DNA of 64,000 bases. It comes from Malacoraja senta. Its lineage: Eukaryota. Position numbers and translations under genes: made by a program. Below the pieces are notes generated by a model. That model made no database searches and was not told where the DNA came from. It saw only the letters and a list, made by a program, of their open reading frames with translations. Shown here piece by piece: positions 39,845-53,177 of this stretch. Every line of letters begins with the position of its first letter. The first letter of the stretch is position 1. The stretch spans positions 1,612,001-1,676,000 of the forward strand of contig CM075988.1 in NCBI GenBank assembly GCA_038087875.1, given 5' to 3'.

Positions 39845-40274
39845 TTTAATACCTCTGTGTTCTTATTCATCATTCATAATGGCACACAGTGTGGTCTTTA
39901 CTCTCTTGCCTTCATTGAGAGCACTTTTGGGATCTTCAGGCTTGCTATTTAAGAATATTTTTAAGAACTATTAGGAACTCTATTTAAGATCTCTATATTA
40001 TTCTCAACTTCCAGTTGCTTGTGATTTCTATTTCTCAATGGATTGTAATTTTAAGACTTTGCAATCCTTTATTAGTTATGTAATATTGTTTATTTACTGT
40101 CAAATATTCTAATCTCAATTCTATTATCACCCATGCCTCTTTGTCCTTCATATCTTTGGAATTGACTTCATTCAATGTTAATATTTAATTTGTGAACATC
40201 ACTATTGAACAAAAAGAGACACAAGGACGTGTAGATTCTGGAATCTTGAGAAAAACACAAAGACCTGGAGGAAT

Positions 40275-42310
40275 AGAGAAATGTGAGGTGTTGTATTTTT
40301 GGAAGTCTAACGTGGGCAGGACCTACACTGTGCGTGGTACAGGCTTCTGGGGAGTGTTGTAAAGCAGTGAGATCTAGGAGTACAGGTGCATGCTTCCTTG
40401 AAGGTCGAGTCGCAGGTAGATAGTGTGGTCAAAATGGCATTTGGCACATTGGCCTTCACCAGTCACAGTATTGAGTATAGAAGTTGGGAGGTCATGTTGC
40501 AGTTGTATAAGGCGTTGGTGAGGCCGCATTTAGAGTAATGTGTTCAGTTCTAGGCACCATGTTATAGGAAAGATATTGTCAAGCTTGAAAGGGTTCAGAA
40601 AAGATTTACGGGGATGTTGCCAGGACCAGAGGGTGTGAGCTACAGGGAGAGGTTGAGTAGGCTGGGTCTCTAGTCCTTGGAGCGCAGTAGGATGAGGGGA
40701 GATCTTATAGAGGTGTACAAAATCATGAGATGAATAGATCGGGTAGATGTACAGTCTTTTGCCCACAGTAGGGGAATCGAGGACCAAAGGACATAGGTTC
40801 AAGGTGAAGGGGAAAAGATTTAATAGGAATCCGAGGGGTAACTTTTTCACACAAAGAGTGGGTGTATGGAACAAGCTGCCAGAGGAGGTGGTTGAGGCTG
40901 GGACTATGGCCATCATTTTAAGAAACATTTAGGCAGGAATTTTTCGAAGAGGTTACTAGGAAATTGATGAGGGTAAAGCAGTGGATGTTGTCTATATGGA
41001 CTTCAGTAAGGCCTTTGACAAGGTTCCTCATGGAAGGTTGGTTAAGAAGATTCAATTGTTGGGTATTAATGGTGGAGTAGCAAGATGGATTCAACAGTGG
41101 CTGAATGGGAGATGCCAGAGAGTAATGGTGGATGGCTGTTTGTCAGGTTGGAGGCCGGTGACTAGTGGGGTGCCTCAGGGGTCTGTGTTGGGTCCACTGT
41201 TGTTTGTCATGTACATCAATGATCTGGATGATGGTGGAAAATTGGATTAGTAAGTATGCAGATGATACTAAGATAGGTGGTGTTGTGGATAATGAAGTAG
41301 ATTTTCAAAGTCTACAGAGAGATTTGGGCCATTTGGAAGAGTGGGCTGAAAGATGGCAGATGGAGTTTAATGCTGATAAATGTGAGGTGCTACATCTCGG
41401 CAGGACAAATCAAAATAGGACGTACATAGTAAATGGTAGAGAATTGAGGAATGCAGTTGAACAGAGGGATCTAGGAATAACTGTGCATAGTTCCCTGAAG
41501 GTGGAATCTCATGTAGATAGGGTGGTAAAGAAAGCTTTTGGTGTGCTGGCCTTTATAAATCAGAGCATTGAATATAGAAGTTGGGATGTAATGTTAAAAT
41601 TATACAAGGCATTGGTGAGGCCAATTCTGTAGTATGGAGTACAATTTTGGTCGCCTAATTATAGGAAGGATGTCAACAAAATAGAGAGAGTACAGAGGAG
41701 ATTTACTAGAATGTTGCCTGGGTTTCAGCAACTAAGTTACAGAGAAAGGTTGAACAAGTTAGGTCTTTATTCTTTGGAGCGCAGGATAAGAGGGGACTTG
41801 ATAGAGGCCTTTAAAATTATGAGCAGGTTAGACAGAGTTGACGTGGATAAGCTTTTCCCATTGAGAGTAGGGAAGATTCAAACAAGGGGACATGACTTGA
41901 GAATTAAGGGACAGAAGTTTAGGGGTAACATTAGGGGGAACTTCTTTACTCAGAGAGTGGTAGCTGTGTGGAATGAGCTTCCAGTGGAAGTGGTGGAGGC
42001 AGGTTCGATTTTATCCTTTAAAAATAGATTGGATGGGTATATGGACGGGAAAGGAATGGAGGGTTGTGGTCTGAGTGCAGGTAGATGGGACTAGGGGGAA
42101 GTATAAAAATAAAAATAAAATAAAAAAAAGTGTTCGGCATGGACTTGAAGGGCCGAGATGGCCTGTTTCCATACTGTAATGGTTATATGGGTACATGGGT
42201 AGGACAGGTTTGGAGGGATATGGATCAAATCTGCTGGTAAATGGTACATGAGGGCTGGCTGGCATGGATGTAGTGGGCTAAACACTCGCTACTGTGCTAA
42301 ATGACCATGT
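40275..42310 (+). mobile_element. CR1 family C fragment with nested CR1 family B (about 40938-42190)
   Basis: ORFs 40747, 40981, 41165, 41711; closely similar to copies at 14150-15480 and 6040-7325. Confidence 0.88.
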
Positions 42311-42532
42311 CTTAGCTTTAAAATACATTCATTTAAAATACTGTGTTTTCAACTAAACTTTTGATCATCTGCTGCAGCTCAGATTCTTTGCTCTGGTTTA
42401 CCATGCAAATGGCATTACGTGTTTGTGAGTGTTCCTGTTCGTGGGGCCACTGGCTGCAGTGGACTCTGTATGTTCAACCACACACTGCTTCAGTTTACAG
42501 TGAAAGACTTTCCATTTCTCTTGGTGTTGCAG

Positions 42533-42633
42533 CTTCTGAGATTCAGATGATGACCATCCCTCAGACGCAGTACGTTATTGCAGAGGCTCCAGTAACCACA
42601 GTGAACAGCGGCCAGATGAAGGCAGTGACGCAG
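42533..42633 (+). CDS. PRDM10: PRDM10 penultimate coding exon
   Basis: gttgcAG acceptor, GTcagt donor; 101 nt completing phase 1: (S)SEIQMMTIPQTQYVIAEAPVTTVNSGQMKAVTQ. Confidence 0.92.
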
Positions 42634-43161
42634 GTCAGTGTATGCTTCAGCTACACACCCTATCCACAGGATAGTGCAGCTTATGGTGGAGTAACATATA
42701 CTACTCTCAAAAACACCCTTTTCTGTCTCTAAACTGAAATGTTTTGGCAGCTTCTGGAACTTTCATTCATATGTGTAATCGCAGAATGATAAACTAACAC
42801 TGCTGAAACTAACCCAGCAGCCGATTGTCTCTGCTTGAATTATCCAATGAAATTCATGGCTGCTCTTTCCCCCACCCCTCCGCTCCAGAGCATGTTTTTC
42901 CTCTTTATTCATTTCTTTGAATATCACTATTCTACATTTTTCCAACACCTCGGGCAGTGGATTTTGCCCTTGGACACAAAATACCACCTATCATCTTTAA
43001 TGTGTGATTACTGATCCACCTACCACAGCCTCTCCTCGTTCACTTTCAGTACCGTACGTGATTTAAGGAGGGTCTCGACCCGAAAGGTCATCCATTCCTT
43101 CTCTAGAGATGCTGCCTGTCCTACTGAGTTACTCCAGCTTTTTGTGTCTTTCTGTGATTTA

Positions 43162-44160
43162 CAATAGACAATAGGTGCAGGAGTAGGCCCTTCGAGACAG
43201 CACCGCCATTCAATGTGATCATGGCTGATAATCCCCAATCAGTGCCCCGTTCCTGCCTTCTTCCCATATCCCCTGACTCCACTATCTTTAAGAGCCCTAT
43301 CTAGCTCTCTCTTGAAAGTATCTAGAGAACCGGCCTCCACTGCCGTCTGAGGCAGAGAATTCCACACTCACAACTCTCTGTGAGAAAAAGTGTTTCCTCG
43401 GCTCCGTTCTAAATGGCTTACCCCTTATTCTTAAACTGTGGCCCCTGGTTCTGGACACCCCCAACATCGGGAACATGTTTCCTGCCTCTAGCGTGTCCAA
43501 ACCCTTAACAATCTTATATGTTTCAATAAGATACCCTCTCATCCTTCTAAACTCCAGAGTGTACAAGCTCAGCCGCTCAGCATATGACAGTCCCCCCATC
43601 CCGGGAATTAACCTTGTAAACCTACGCTGCACTCCCTCAATAGCAAGAATGTCCTTCCTCAAATTAGGGGACCAAAACTGCACACAATACTCCAGGTTTG
43701 GTCTCACTAAGGCCCTGTACAACTGCAGAAGGACCTCTTTGCTCCTATACTCGACTCCTCTTGTTATAAAGGCCAACATGCCATTCGCTTTCTTCACTGC
43801 CTGCTGTACCTGCATGCTTATTTTCATAGACTGATGAACAAGGACCCCCAGATCCCGTTGTACTTCCCCTTTTCCCAACTTGACGCCATTTAGATAGTAA
43901 TCTGCCTTCCTGTTTTTGCTACCAAAGTGGATAACCTCACATTTATCCACATTAAACTTCATCTGCCAGGCATCTGCCCACTCCCCCAACCTGTCCAAGT
44001 CACCTTGCATTCTCATAGCATCCTCCTCACGGTTCACACTGCCACCCAGCTTTGTGTCATCTGCAATTTTGCTAATGTTACTTTGAATCCCTTCATCCAA
44101 ATCATTGATGTATATTGTAAATAGCTGCGGTCCCAGCACCGAGCCTTGCGGTATCCCACT
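43162..44160 (-). mobile_element. CR1 family A 3' fragment
   Basis: ORF 43297-44166 RT C-terminus, highly similar to 37330-38250. Confidence 0.92.
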
Positions 44161-44429
44161 TAACAAATCTTCCCTGAAGGACCTGTGCCTTCAGAACATT
44201 GACAGTGTCTTCCATCTCCACGTAACTCAGCAGCCGATAGCAATGTCTATGTGCCCTCACTAAACCTTTGGTTATATTGTCGTGCCTAGAACTGTACATA
44301 ATATTTCAGCGGAAGATCACTAATGCTCAATATTTTACAAAGGTTGCGAAACTGGGCTATTTAGAAGCAAATAAGTGTAGTGCTGCTGTACATAGTGGTG
44401 AGCACAGTGAGCCGTTGGGCAGATGTTGT

Positions 44430-46080
44430 TACTTATACCTCTTCTTCTTAAGCCCTTTGCTCCTCTAAGGAGCATAGGCCATTAACAAATGTCCTCCACC
44501 TCACTCGGTTGTTGGCAGTTCTTTCGAGATCTCCCCAGTTGAGCCTACTCTCAGACATTTCTGTCTAGACACCTCTTCTCCAGCTGTTCCTCAGGCGACC
44601 TCTTTTCCTTTTTCCTTGGGGGTCCCATTTCAGGGCTTGCCGGGTGATGTTTGTGGCAGGTTTCCTGAGGGTGTATCCAATCCAACTCCATTTTCTCCTT
44701 CGAATTTGTACGCCTGGCTTGTTCTTTTCCACAGGTCCACATTGCTCACTTTGTCACTCCACCAGATGTTAAGTATTCTCCTAAGGCAGGTGTTAATGAA
44801 TGTTTACAGCCTGTTTGTAGTGTGTTTTGTTGTTTTCCATGTCTCTGATCCATACAGCATCACCTGTTTCATATTTTGGTGTTGATTGAGATGTGTTTTG
44901 AGCTCCAGATCGTCCATGTTAAACACCACCCTTCTACTTTTTATGTCTGCCTCTCCCCCTCCTATTCTGCATACTTTAGCAATGTTACAACATTTTGAGA
45001 TTTAAAAAATCAAGTCTGTAATTTATCTCATCAGAAAAATAAGTTCAATTTGACACCTAATTCACTTTCATATCTTCAGTATTAAAAAAGTTATGGCCAT
45101 TTTCATACTCGGAAATTAGCATCTTGTTCCCTATTGCTTTTCCATTGACTTAACACAAAAGCTGTGATCGAGGACACTCAAAAGCCCATAACTTTCTTAA
45201 AAATTAAGAGAACTGAAAGACATTTTCAGTTATTATAGATTGAAGCATTCTGAAACAAATATGAAACAATCTTACTTAGATGACATGAAATTAAAGCATA
45301 TAATTAGTTAGTTACCTAATTGTAGCTAATTACAAAATTCAATTACTAGACCTAAACATCTATCAATTTCTTAAGAATAGATTAACATTTTTTAAAAGCC
45401 TGTGTCCAAATAACATTCACACAAGAATTCACAATATAACATAATTTTTAAATCTCATTGTCATGGATTTATAGGCCAAATGGAAGGAATTTAATGTTTA
45501 ATACCTGTAAATTAATGGCCATTTAAATCATCTTGCGAGTGGGTTTTTCTGGAACGCGATTATTTGGAACGTTGCGGTTGCGGTGAATTTAAACCTGTAT
45601 CGGCATGAAAAATATTGCCCGTTCGTTCGGGGAAAAAATTCACCGTTTCGCAACTTAAAATGTGAATTAAAGGCATCTTAAGGAGCACTTTTATACATAA
45701 AATAAACGGCTTTCGTTTACCTGTCCTGTGCGTGAAATCCGTCCCCGTTGACGGCTTTAGAAGCTGATTTTAAAATTAATCCAGCGCTGAAATTGTCGGG
45801 CAATTAAAAAAAAAAAAATACACAAAACGCCCGTCGGAACAATTCTTCAGCAAAAGCTTGCACTCCAATGAAATATAATCCAGGACAAGGTAGGAGAAAC
45901 CCGCGTTTTAACCCCGCCCCCCCCCTCAAAGTCGCCAAAATCGCGCACACGGCCAGTGGCAGAATTGCAGCGCCGCTGAAGGTAAGTATTGTAACATACC
46001 TACATACTTGGCTAATATAATGTATTCAATTCAATTCAACACGCCTTGCAGTCTGTGCAGAGTTCAACATGTCCCACTTT
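44430..46080 (-). mobile_element. RTE-clade LINE 3' fragment split by a DNA transposon
   Basis: Minus strand reads WIGYTLRKPATNITRQALKWDPQGKRKRGR, an RTE C-terminal signature; probably resumes after 46009. Confidence 0.72.
44977..46002. mobile_element. Non-autonomous DNA transposon with TAG...CTA termini
   Basis: 14-bp TIRs TAGCAATGTTACAA / TTGTAACATACCTA; direct repeat CATACTT at 44970-44976 and 46003-46009. Confidence 0.82.
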
Positions 46081-47722
46081 AGTTTGAACAGTGGTGGCAG
46101 TCCGCCTCGGTCTCCAGCCAGATCAGAGGGAGGTGTGGAAGGCCAGGCCACCAGGCCCCGATGCAGGAGGAGGGATAAGAGGGGGACACAGACGCTGTGG
46201 CCGAGACGGCTAGCTCTGCGCTTCTAGACCATGGTCTGTGTGCACCTCCCCAAACAGCATTTTCTGCCCAACCTGCTAGACAACCTCTCCCTGTAGCTAA
46301 CACCCTCTAATCTAATCACTCCAATAAACCGCCTCTCCAAAGCCTCCACAACCTTCCTTTTATGGGGCCACTGAATTGCAATACTTCAAATGCAGCCATA
46401 TAAGTCATACAAAGTTGCAACTAAACCTGCAGCTGAAAGAGGAGAAGAAGGTGATGTTCGGGCTCTTGAAGAGGTAAATAAATTCCCATGCCTGATGAGA
46501 TCTAAATGCTTTTCAAGAGACCTAATTCATATCCTTCTTGACCTCAAACTGCCCTAGCATGTTGGTATTCCACGTATTGATCTCACTCTCCATGTTCATC
46601 TCCTTGGTGAATACTCATTTAGTACCTTGCCTACATCCTCTGACTTCAAGCATAAATTCCTTATTTTTTTCTTTCAGTGGCTCTACTCCCTTCTTGTTTA
46701 TAATCTGCGTATCAAAAACCTTTTGATATTTTAAAATCTGATTTGCCAGTGATATTTCACGGCCCCATTTGGCTCATCTGATTGCCTGATTGAGTTATTT
46801 CCTACTTGATTTATGTTTTTCACAGGCATATCTAATTTCATCTTCCTAAACCTTCTTTCTGATCAAATTTAGAGCATCTTTGGTCATCCAAGGTTCCCTG
46901 ACCGTGCCATCCTTATCCCTCTCCTTACTGGAACATACATCCTGAACTCTCATCAGCTGCACTTTATATGACTCCCACATGTCTGATATTAACTTGCCCA
47001 ATAACAACTGCTTCCAATTTACTCTCCCTATCTTTTGCCTAACCATGTTGTAAACTTAGTTATTTCTCTGGAAGTCCTGACTATCTTTACTCTTAACCAT
47101 TTTACAACTTTCATGCGTTTAGTTTAGAGATACAGTCTGGAAACGGTCCCTTCGGCCCACTGAGTCCATGCCGACCAACATGAGTTGTGAATACTGTTTC
47201 CATAATACAATATCAGGTCCAGTATGTCCCTCCTCGAGATAGATTATCCACATAGTCTTTTAAGAAAGACTAGAGTACACTTAACCAATCCTGCCCCATC
47301 TAAGCCTTCTGCACTAATGAAGTTCCCTCTGAGTTGTATTTCCTTAATCTGTCAGCCTATTTCTTCCCCATTCCCCTTCCCCTTTGAGGAGGTCTGTAGA
47401 TAAAATTGCTTCTTGATCATCTTTCACCCATCCATAATGGTTCTACTGTTATTTTCCTTAGTGTTGTGTCTGCCACCATCATGTTTCCGTTTTCTAGTTG
47501 TGAAAGACCTGCTGTGGTCAGGAAGAGCTAGAATATGGAGAAGTCTGGGCAGTTGCTTGGACAAGGCATGTGGTGTGGAACTCTGTAGGCCAGGGATGAT
47601 TCGCCTATCCATATTTAGGAGGACATTTTGGTTCACATACATGGTTAAACAACCCGTGTGTTAATAGTGTGAACTTAATGGCAAACGTACAATCTTTGAG
47701 GCATGTTTGTTTTCCCCCTCAG

Positions 47723-47893
47723 ACTCATTATGTGATATCAGAAGGACAGTCGGAGATGGACTTGAAGCAGAACTCGAGACTTGATGTGCCTCAGACACAG
47801 ACAGACACCTCCCTACAACAGAATGCACAATTCATCATTACCTCAACAGCTAATGGGACTGGAACTACTGAGGTGTCAATGACCAAGCCCTAG
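47723..47893 (+). CDS. PRDM10: PRDM10 last coding exon
   Basis: ttccccctcAG acceptor; THYVISEGQSE...QFIITSTANGTGTTEVSMTKP then TAG; matches the recalled PRDM10 C-terminus (..EVHITKP). Confidence 0.95.
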   Translation, partial: THYVISEGQSEMDLKQNSRLDVPQTQTDTSLQQNAQFIITSTANGTGTTEVSMTKP

Positions 47894-49550
47894 CAGTCAA
47901 CTACTGGACACTGGTCCTCCCAAAATTCATACCAGCTCCACTGAGAGTGGAGTTGCAACTTGTGGCATGCATTTTATAAAAGGAAAAGTGAGCGAGCAGA
48001 GACTTTGGTTTACAGCTTTCCCCTTCCATGTATCTCCCCCTTCCCTCAGCACCAACCCTTCTGGATGAGGTATTGGAGCGAAGGGCAGGATCGCCAGACT
48101 CGGCCTTGCTCATGGTGGAATGAGCTCAGTGAGATCGAGCTGCCTGTCATTGCATTGGGACTAGACCCTGCTTTTAGACAAGCGATTGAGGAAACTGACA
48201 GGTGGGAAAGGACTGGTGAACTGAGCACCTCTGTTCACTAACCCTGACAGCCAGACGTCTGATTGCAGTCTGAGCAAGGAGGCTGTGTCAACAACCGCTC
48301 ACAGAGCCTGTGCCCTAGACAAAGACCTCAGCATTTTGAAACTGGTATGGTCAGCGTGGTATCATCAATGAACTGTCCACTGCGGCAGGGACAGTGAGCT
48401 GGATTCCAAGTCTGTGCAACGATGGTTCTAGTGGCTTTGTAAGAGATGAATCAACAGGGACATTGATTGCTGCATTGATGCTGAGACAGGGCCTTGAGCA
48501 GGGTGTGCTCTCTGGACACTCTGTACATGCGCTACAGGCTGTGTTCTTTGGCCACTCTGGTCCCCAAACTACATTAGGATGAGTGCAGTGTGCTGAGCTG
48601 CAAACAGAGACACACACAGACCAGCACAGCCTCAGCATCAAGCTGAAACCTCTTCACTCGTTAGCAACAGACCAGGATGGAAACATTTTAATGAATGAGA
48701 TTTTAATGCTCTATTATTTAAAAGTTTATGTTCATTGCAAACTTCTGTGATTGTACAATTAGAAAAGCTCTGTTCTAAGACAAGTGTTTAAAGATGAATA
48801 AAAATCTAAGTGTGGGCTTTGACTCTGCTCTTCCCTCCAGCACGTATCCTGCCCCATTGATTGCTGCTCACCTCCAACACCCAGTGTGTACGGAGTCAGG
48901 ATACTGCAGAAAGAGGGCAGGGCTGATACAAAGTCTGGCCTCCTTAAACTCCAATCATTTGTAATGTCATTTCAAACTGTGCAATACTCCTGCATGTCAC
49001 CTGATTTTTTTTTCTTCTTTTGTTGACTATGATCTGAAAATGAAGGTTGGTGCTCTTCTGGTAAGAGTGTTCCAGGATGAAGCAGCAACTCCATCACCCG
49101 CTGGCTGGGCTGTCAGTAAATGACTGACATTCTACTGATACCCCTTTGGGGCTTGAGTCCTTGCTAAACTTCTATTTAAAATTATTGTAGCTGACACTTT
49201 TCACTTGTGGATGACGCAGCCCCTTGCACTTGCAGTGGCTCTGGCCTGCCCTGATCTCTGGGTGAATGGCCAGTGAGTGACACATCCAGTGAGTGGAATC
49301 TCTCCAGCTTTCAACAACCGCACATTCCAAACCACAGTTTGCACTTGCACTGGTGTTAATATTGTTGTATAAATTATTGTTTCAGATCTTTAAAATTTCA
49401 GTTATCAGAACATGTGTTTGGCAAAAGCTGAATATAAATAACTGATGTTACATTATTGCATATTTATTAACTAGAAGAGTTAATGGGATTTTGAATATAA
49501 CATCACTCAAATCTTCAGAAACAAAGAAATAAACTTCCAACGTTTCTTGA
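47894..49550 (+). other. PRDM10: PRDM10 3'UTR with candidate polyadenylation signals
   Basis: No recognisable TE after the stop codon; AATAAA at 48797-48802 and 49528-49533. Confidence 0.65.
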
Positions 49551-49754
49551 CTGAAGGATCTGAATCACAGCTGTGTTTAGCATCTGCCTTGTTATCTGAT
49601 TTTGAGGAATACAAAACCAAAATAGTAAATGTTTGTTTGTCTTTGTCATGTAAACCAGGCAACGACGCCTCGCCTTGCCATTACCTCAAGGCAAGGCGCA
49701 CATTGTTGGTCTCAAAAAAAGAATATATTTCATAGACGCTCATATCAACGAAGC

Positions 49755-52750
49755 ATAGGTTGGAGAAACAAAGAACTACAGATGTTGGGATCTTGAGCAA
49801 AACACAGTGCCGGGGAAAATCAGCAGATCAGGCAGCATCTATGGAGGGAATGGATAGGTTGGGACTCTTCTTGAGACTGAATGGAGTAGTAGTAGTAACA
49901 GGGAAGAAAGCTGGAAGAATGGTGGGAGCAAGACAAAGCCTGGCAAGTGATCGGCAGATACAGGTGAGGGGGGATATCATTGGCATATGGGTGGAACAAG
50001 TAAAATACTGTTAAAACATAAAGTACGTGCTAAGGCGAAGTAAAAAGGGTCTGAAATAAGGAGAGAACAGGACTGAACTGTGAAGCCAAATGGAGGGATA
50101 TGGGTGGAAGAGACAAGGGGGAGGAAAGGGTGGGGGAATAAAAAGGAAAAGACTTGGGATGGGAATGAATGTACAAAGTAGGGTGATGTGTGGGAGATAA
50201 TTGAAGAAATGTGTGTGGGGGCCAAGAGAGAGCAGGTAGAGGGCACTAATTGAAAATGGAGATTTCAATATTCATAGCGTTGGATTGTAAGCTACCCAAG
50301 CCATGAGATGCTGTCCCCCAGTTTGCGTGTGGCCTCATTCTGGCAATGGAGGCGGCCGAGGACAGAAAGGTCAGTGTGGGAAGTGGAGTTAAAATGGTTA
50401 CCAACTGGGAGATCCAACGGGCCTTGATGGACGGAGTGCAAATATTCAGCAAAACGATCGCCTAATCTACGATGTAATGTAATGTCGAATTTAATGGAGG
50501 CTACATCGGGAGCACTGAGTTCAGTAGATGAGGTTAGAGGAGGTGCATGTGAACCTGTCTCACCTGGAATGATTGCTGGGGTCCCTGGATGGATGTGAGG
50601 GAGAAGGTATAGCAACAGGTGTTACCTGTAGTTGCACGGGAAAGTCCCTTGGGAGGGGATGTTTGGGTGGGAAGGGATGAGTGAACCAAGGGGTGGTGGA
50701 GGGCAAAGATCCTATAGCGAGCAAGATAGTCCACTCGATGAAAAAGACGTACGGTCATGGGCAGATTCATGGGTAATTTAAGGCCCCATTTCCGTAACCG
50801 GCTTCCGTCTCCGCACCAAAGATCCCATAGGATAATAGTGCGGAGACGGAAGCCGGTTACGGAAACATCCTCGTAAAAATAAAAGTTATTTGGTAAAAAT
50901 CTTCTCCTCATTTTCAGATTTTTTATTTATTAACACAAACTGTTCCCCCGCAACGTTGATTACACTGCGAGTCGGGTCGGGTCCGGTTATGGAAATGGAT
51001 GAAAAAAAGGCCCACGTTCCGTTCCGTTGCGTACTACACGTCAGCCCATTGCATTTAGAAGGAGTGGTCTATCTTGCTCCGCTATAGGATCGTTGGTGGA
51101 GGGAGCGGTTTCTGCAGAAGGTGGAAAGGGCGAGGAAGATGTGACAAGTGGTGGGATCACATTGGAGATGACAAAATGTTGGAGAGTAATGTGTTTGTGC
51201 GGTGAAAGGTGAAGACCTGGGAAATTCTGTCTGAGGGGAGGGGAAACGAGCAGAACTGTGAGACACGTGAGGGATCCATCCACAGGGCGGGACACACATT
51301 GATGGAAGAAGACATCGCAGGGGTACTTTAGTGGAAAGTAGAGCAGATGAGGTGGATATGGAGAAATTGAGAGGCAAAAGCCTCTCATGAGGCAGGGTGG
51401 ATCTTGCAGTTAAGGTAACTGGTAGTGGGTGGGTTTGTAGTAGACGTCAGTCTGTCTCCTATGATGGAGCAGAGAGATCAAGAAAGAAGAGGGAGGTGTC
51501 AGATAGTCTAGGTCAATGTGATGGCAGGGTGGAAATTAGTGATGAATTTCTTGAAATCGATGAGTTTTGCATGGGTGCAGGAGGCAGCACCAATGCAGTT
51601 TTTGATGCAGCGGAGAAAGATTTGGGGGATGGCGCCAGTGTACGTTTGGAACAAGTGTTCAAGAAAAGGGCAAGCAGACCTGCGGTCCATGCGAGTGTTC
51701 ACTGTGATACAAAGAAAGTGAGAGGAATCAATAGTTGTTGAAGGTGAGGATAAATTCCACGAAGCGGAGGAGAGAGTTAATAGAGGGGAACTGATTGGGA
51801 CTCTGTTGAAGGAAGAACGTGAGGACCTTGAGACCCTGGTGGGGGATGGAGGTGTAAAGGGACTGGATGTCCATGGTCAATATGATGCAATGGGGGTCTT
51901 GGAATTGAAAGTTGTTGAGTGTGTGAGGACTCTTGCATCAGGTGGGAAGGCACCGGATAGGGGGGGGGGGGGGGAGATAGGATGGAATCAAGGTATGTGG
52001 AGATGATTTCAGTGGAGCAGGCAGAAACAGTGGGTCTGCCAGGGCAGTCCTGTTTGTGGAATTAGGGAAGGGGATAGAAGCAGGCAGGATGGGGATGGGG
52101 AACGATAAAGTTGGCGGCTGAGAAGAGATGGCCAGAGTTGGTGAGATGAGATAAACAATTGGGGAGATGACCAGGTGTCTGTCTGTGGGGTGGTGATGAA
52201 GGGGAGGTAGGAGGTATCAGAGAGCAGGCGCCTGGTCTCAGCACAGTACAAGTCGGCCCGACACGGCACCTCCCTTGTTCGCGGGTTTGATGATGATGTT
52301 GGGAATGCTGCTGAGTGAGCGGTGGGCTGTGTGTTGAGAGGATGCTGAGGTGATGGAAGAAGAGCTCAACTTCAGGGCGAGCCTGGAACTCATTGAGGTG
52401 AGGACGTAGGGTACAAATGTAAGGCCTTTACTGAGGACTGACCTTTCTGTATCGCAGAGCCAGTTCAGAGGGAACGGTGAAAACACGAGGGAGGCAAGGG
52501 CTGGGGTCAGACCCAGGCTCAGGAGGGTGGAGGATGTGGGGGGGGGAGGGGTCAGAGGAGCAGTGCAGCTAGTTCAGGAGATAGGGCAGCAGGACCCAGT
52601 GTTATCGGTATTAAGGGCCCCTGTATGGAGGCAACTGGTGGAGCACTAGGTCCCCGGACAACCATGTGGATGCTATTGGAACCGTCAGTGTCAGGGCCGG
52701 AGCAGAGATGGGAGAGCTGAGCAAAAGCTGTCCAGTGTTACAGGAGAGAC
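49755..52750 (-). mobile_element. Penelope-like retroelement, long decayed copy
   Basis: IIIKPANKGGAV (KPADKG motif); PQIFLRCIKNCIGAASC (RYIDD region); RLGDRFAEYL..PVGNHFNS GIY-YIG C-terminus; pLTR-type repeat near 49760-49900. Confidence 0.85.
50704..51095. mobile_element. MITE with CAA...TTG termini and 8-bp TSD (P- or hAT-like)
   Basis: TIR CAAAGATCCTATAGCG-AGCAAGATAG vs revcomp CAACGATCCTATAGCGGAGCAAGATAG; TSD GTGGAGGG at 50696-50703 and 51096-51103. Confidence 0.88.
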
Positions 52751-53177
52751 GTTTAGCACCATCATAAATGTATCTACATCCACCTTAAGTGCCTCTCATC
52801 ATGCAGCCACCACAACTCTGGGTGGAGAATTCCAGAAATTCATCATCCTCTGAAAGGAGAGACAACTATGTACCCCAATTCCAAATAATAGTGATCACAG
52901 TTGGAAATAGAAAATAGGTGCAGGAGGCCATTTGGCCCTTTGAGCCAGCACCGCCATTCATTGATCATGGCTGATCATCCACAATCAGTAACCCGTGCCT
53001 GCCTTCTCCCCATCTCCTGATTCTGCTAGCCTCTGGAGCTCTATCTAACTCTCTTTTAAATTCATCCAGTGAATTGACCTCCACTGCCTTCTGTGGCAGG
53101 GAATGCCACAAATTCACAACTCTGGGTGAAAACTTTTTTTCTTATCTCAGTTTTATGTGGCCTCCCGTTTATTCTTA

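Noticed and set aside
48700..49470. Regulatory link between AU-rich motifs in the PRDM10 3'UTR and the intronic ZFP36-like fragment
   Set aside because: The ATTTA motifs are sparse and the fragment's fingers are destroyed; nothing beyond coincidence.
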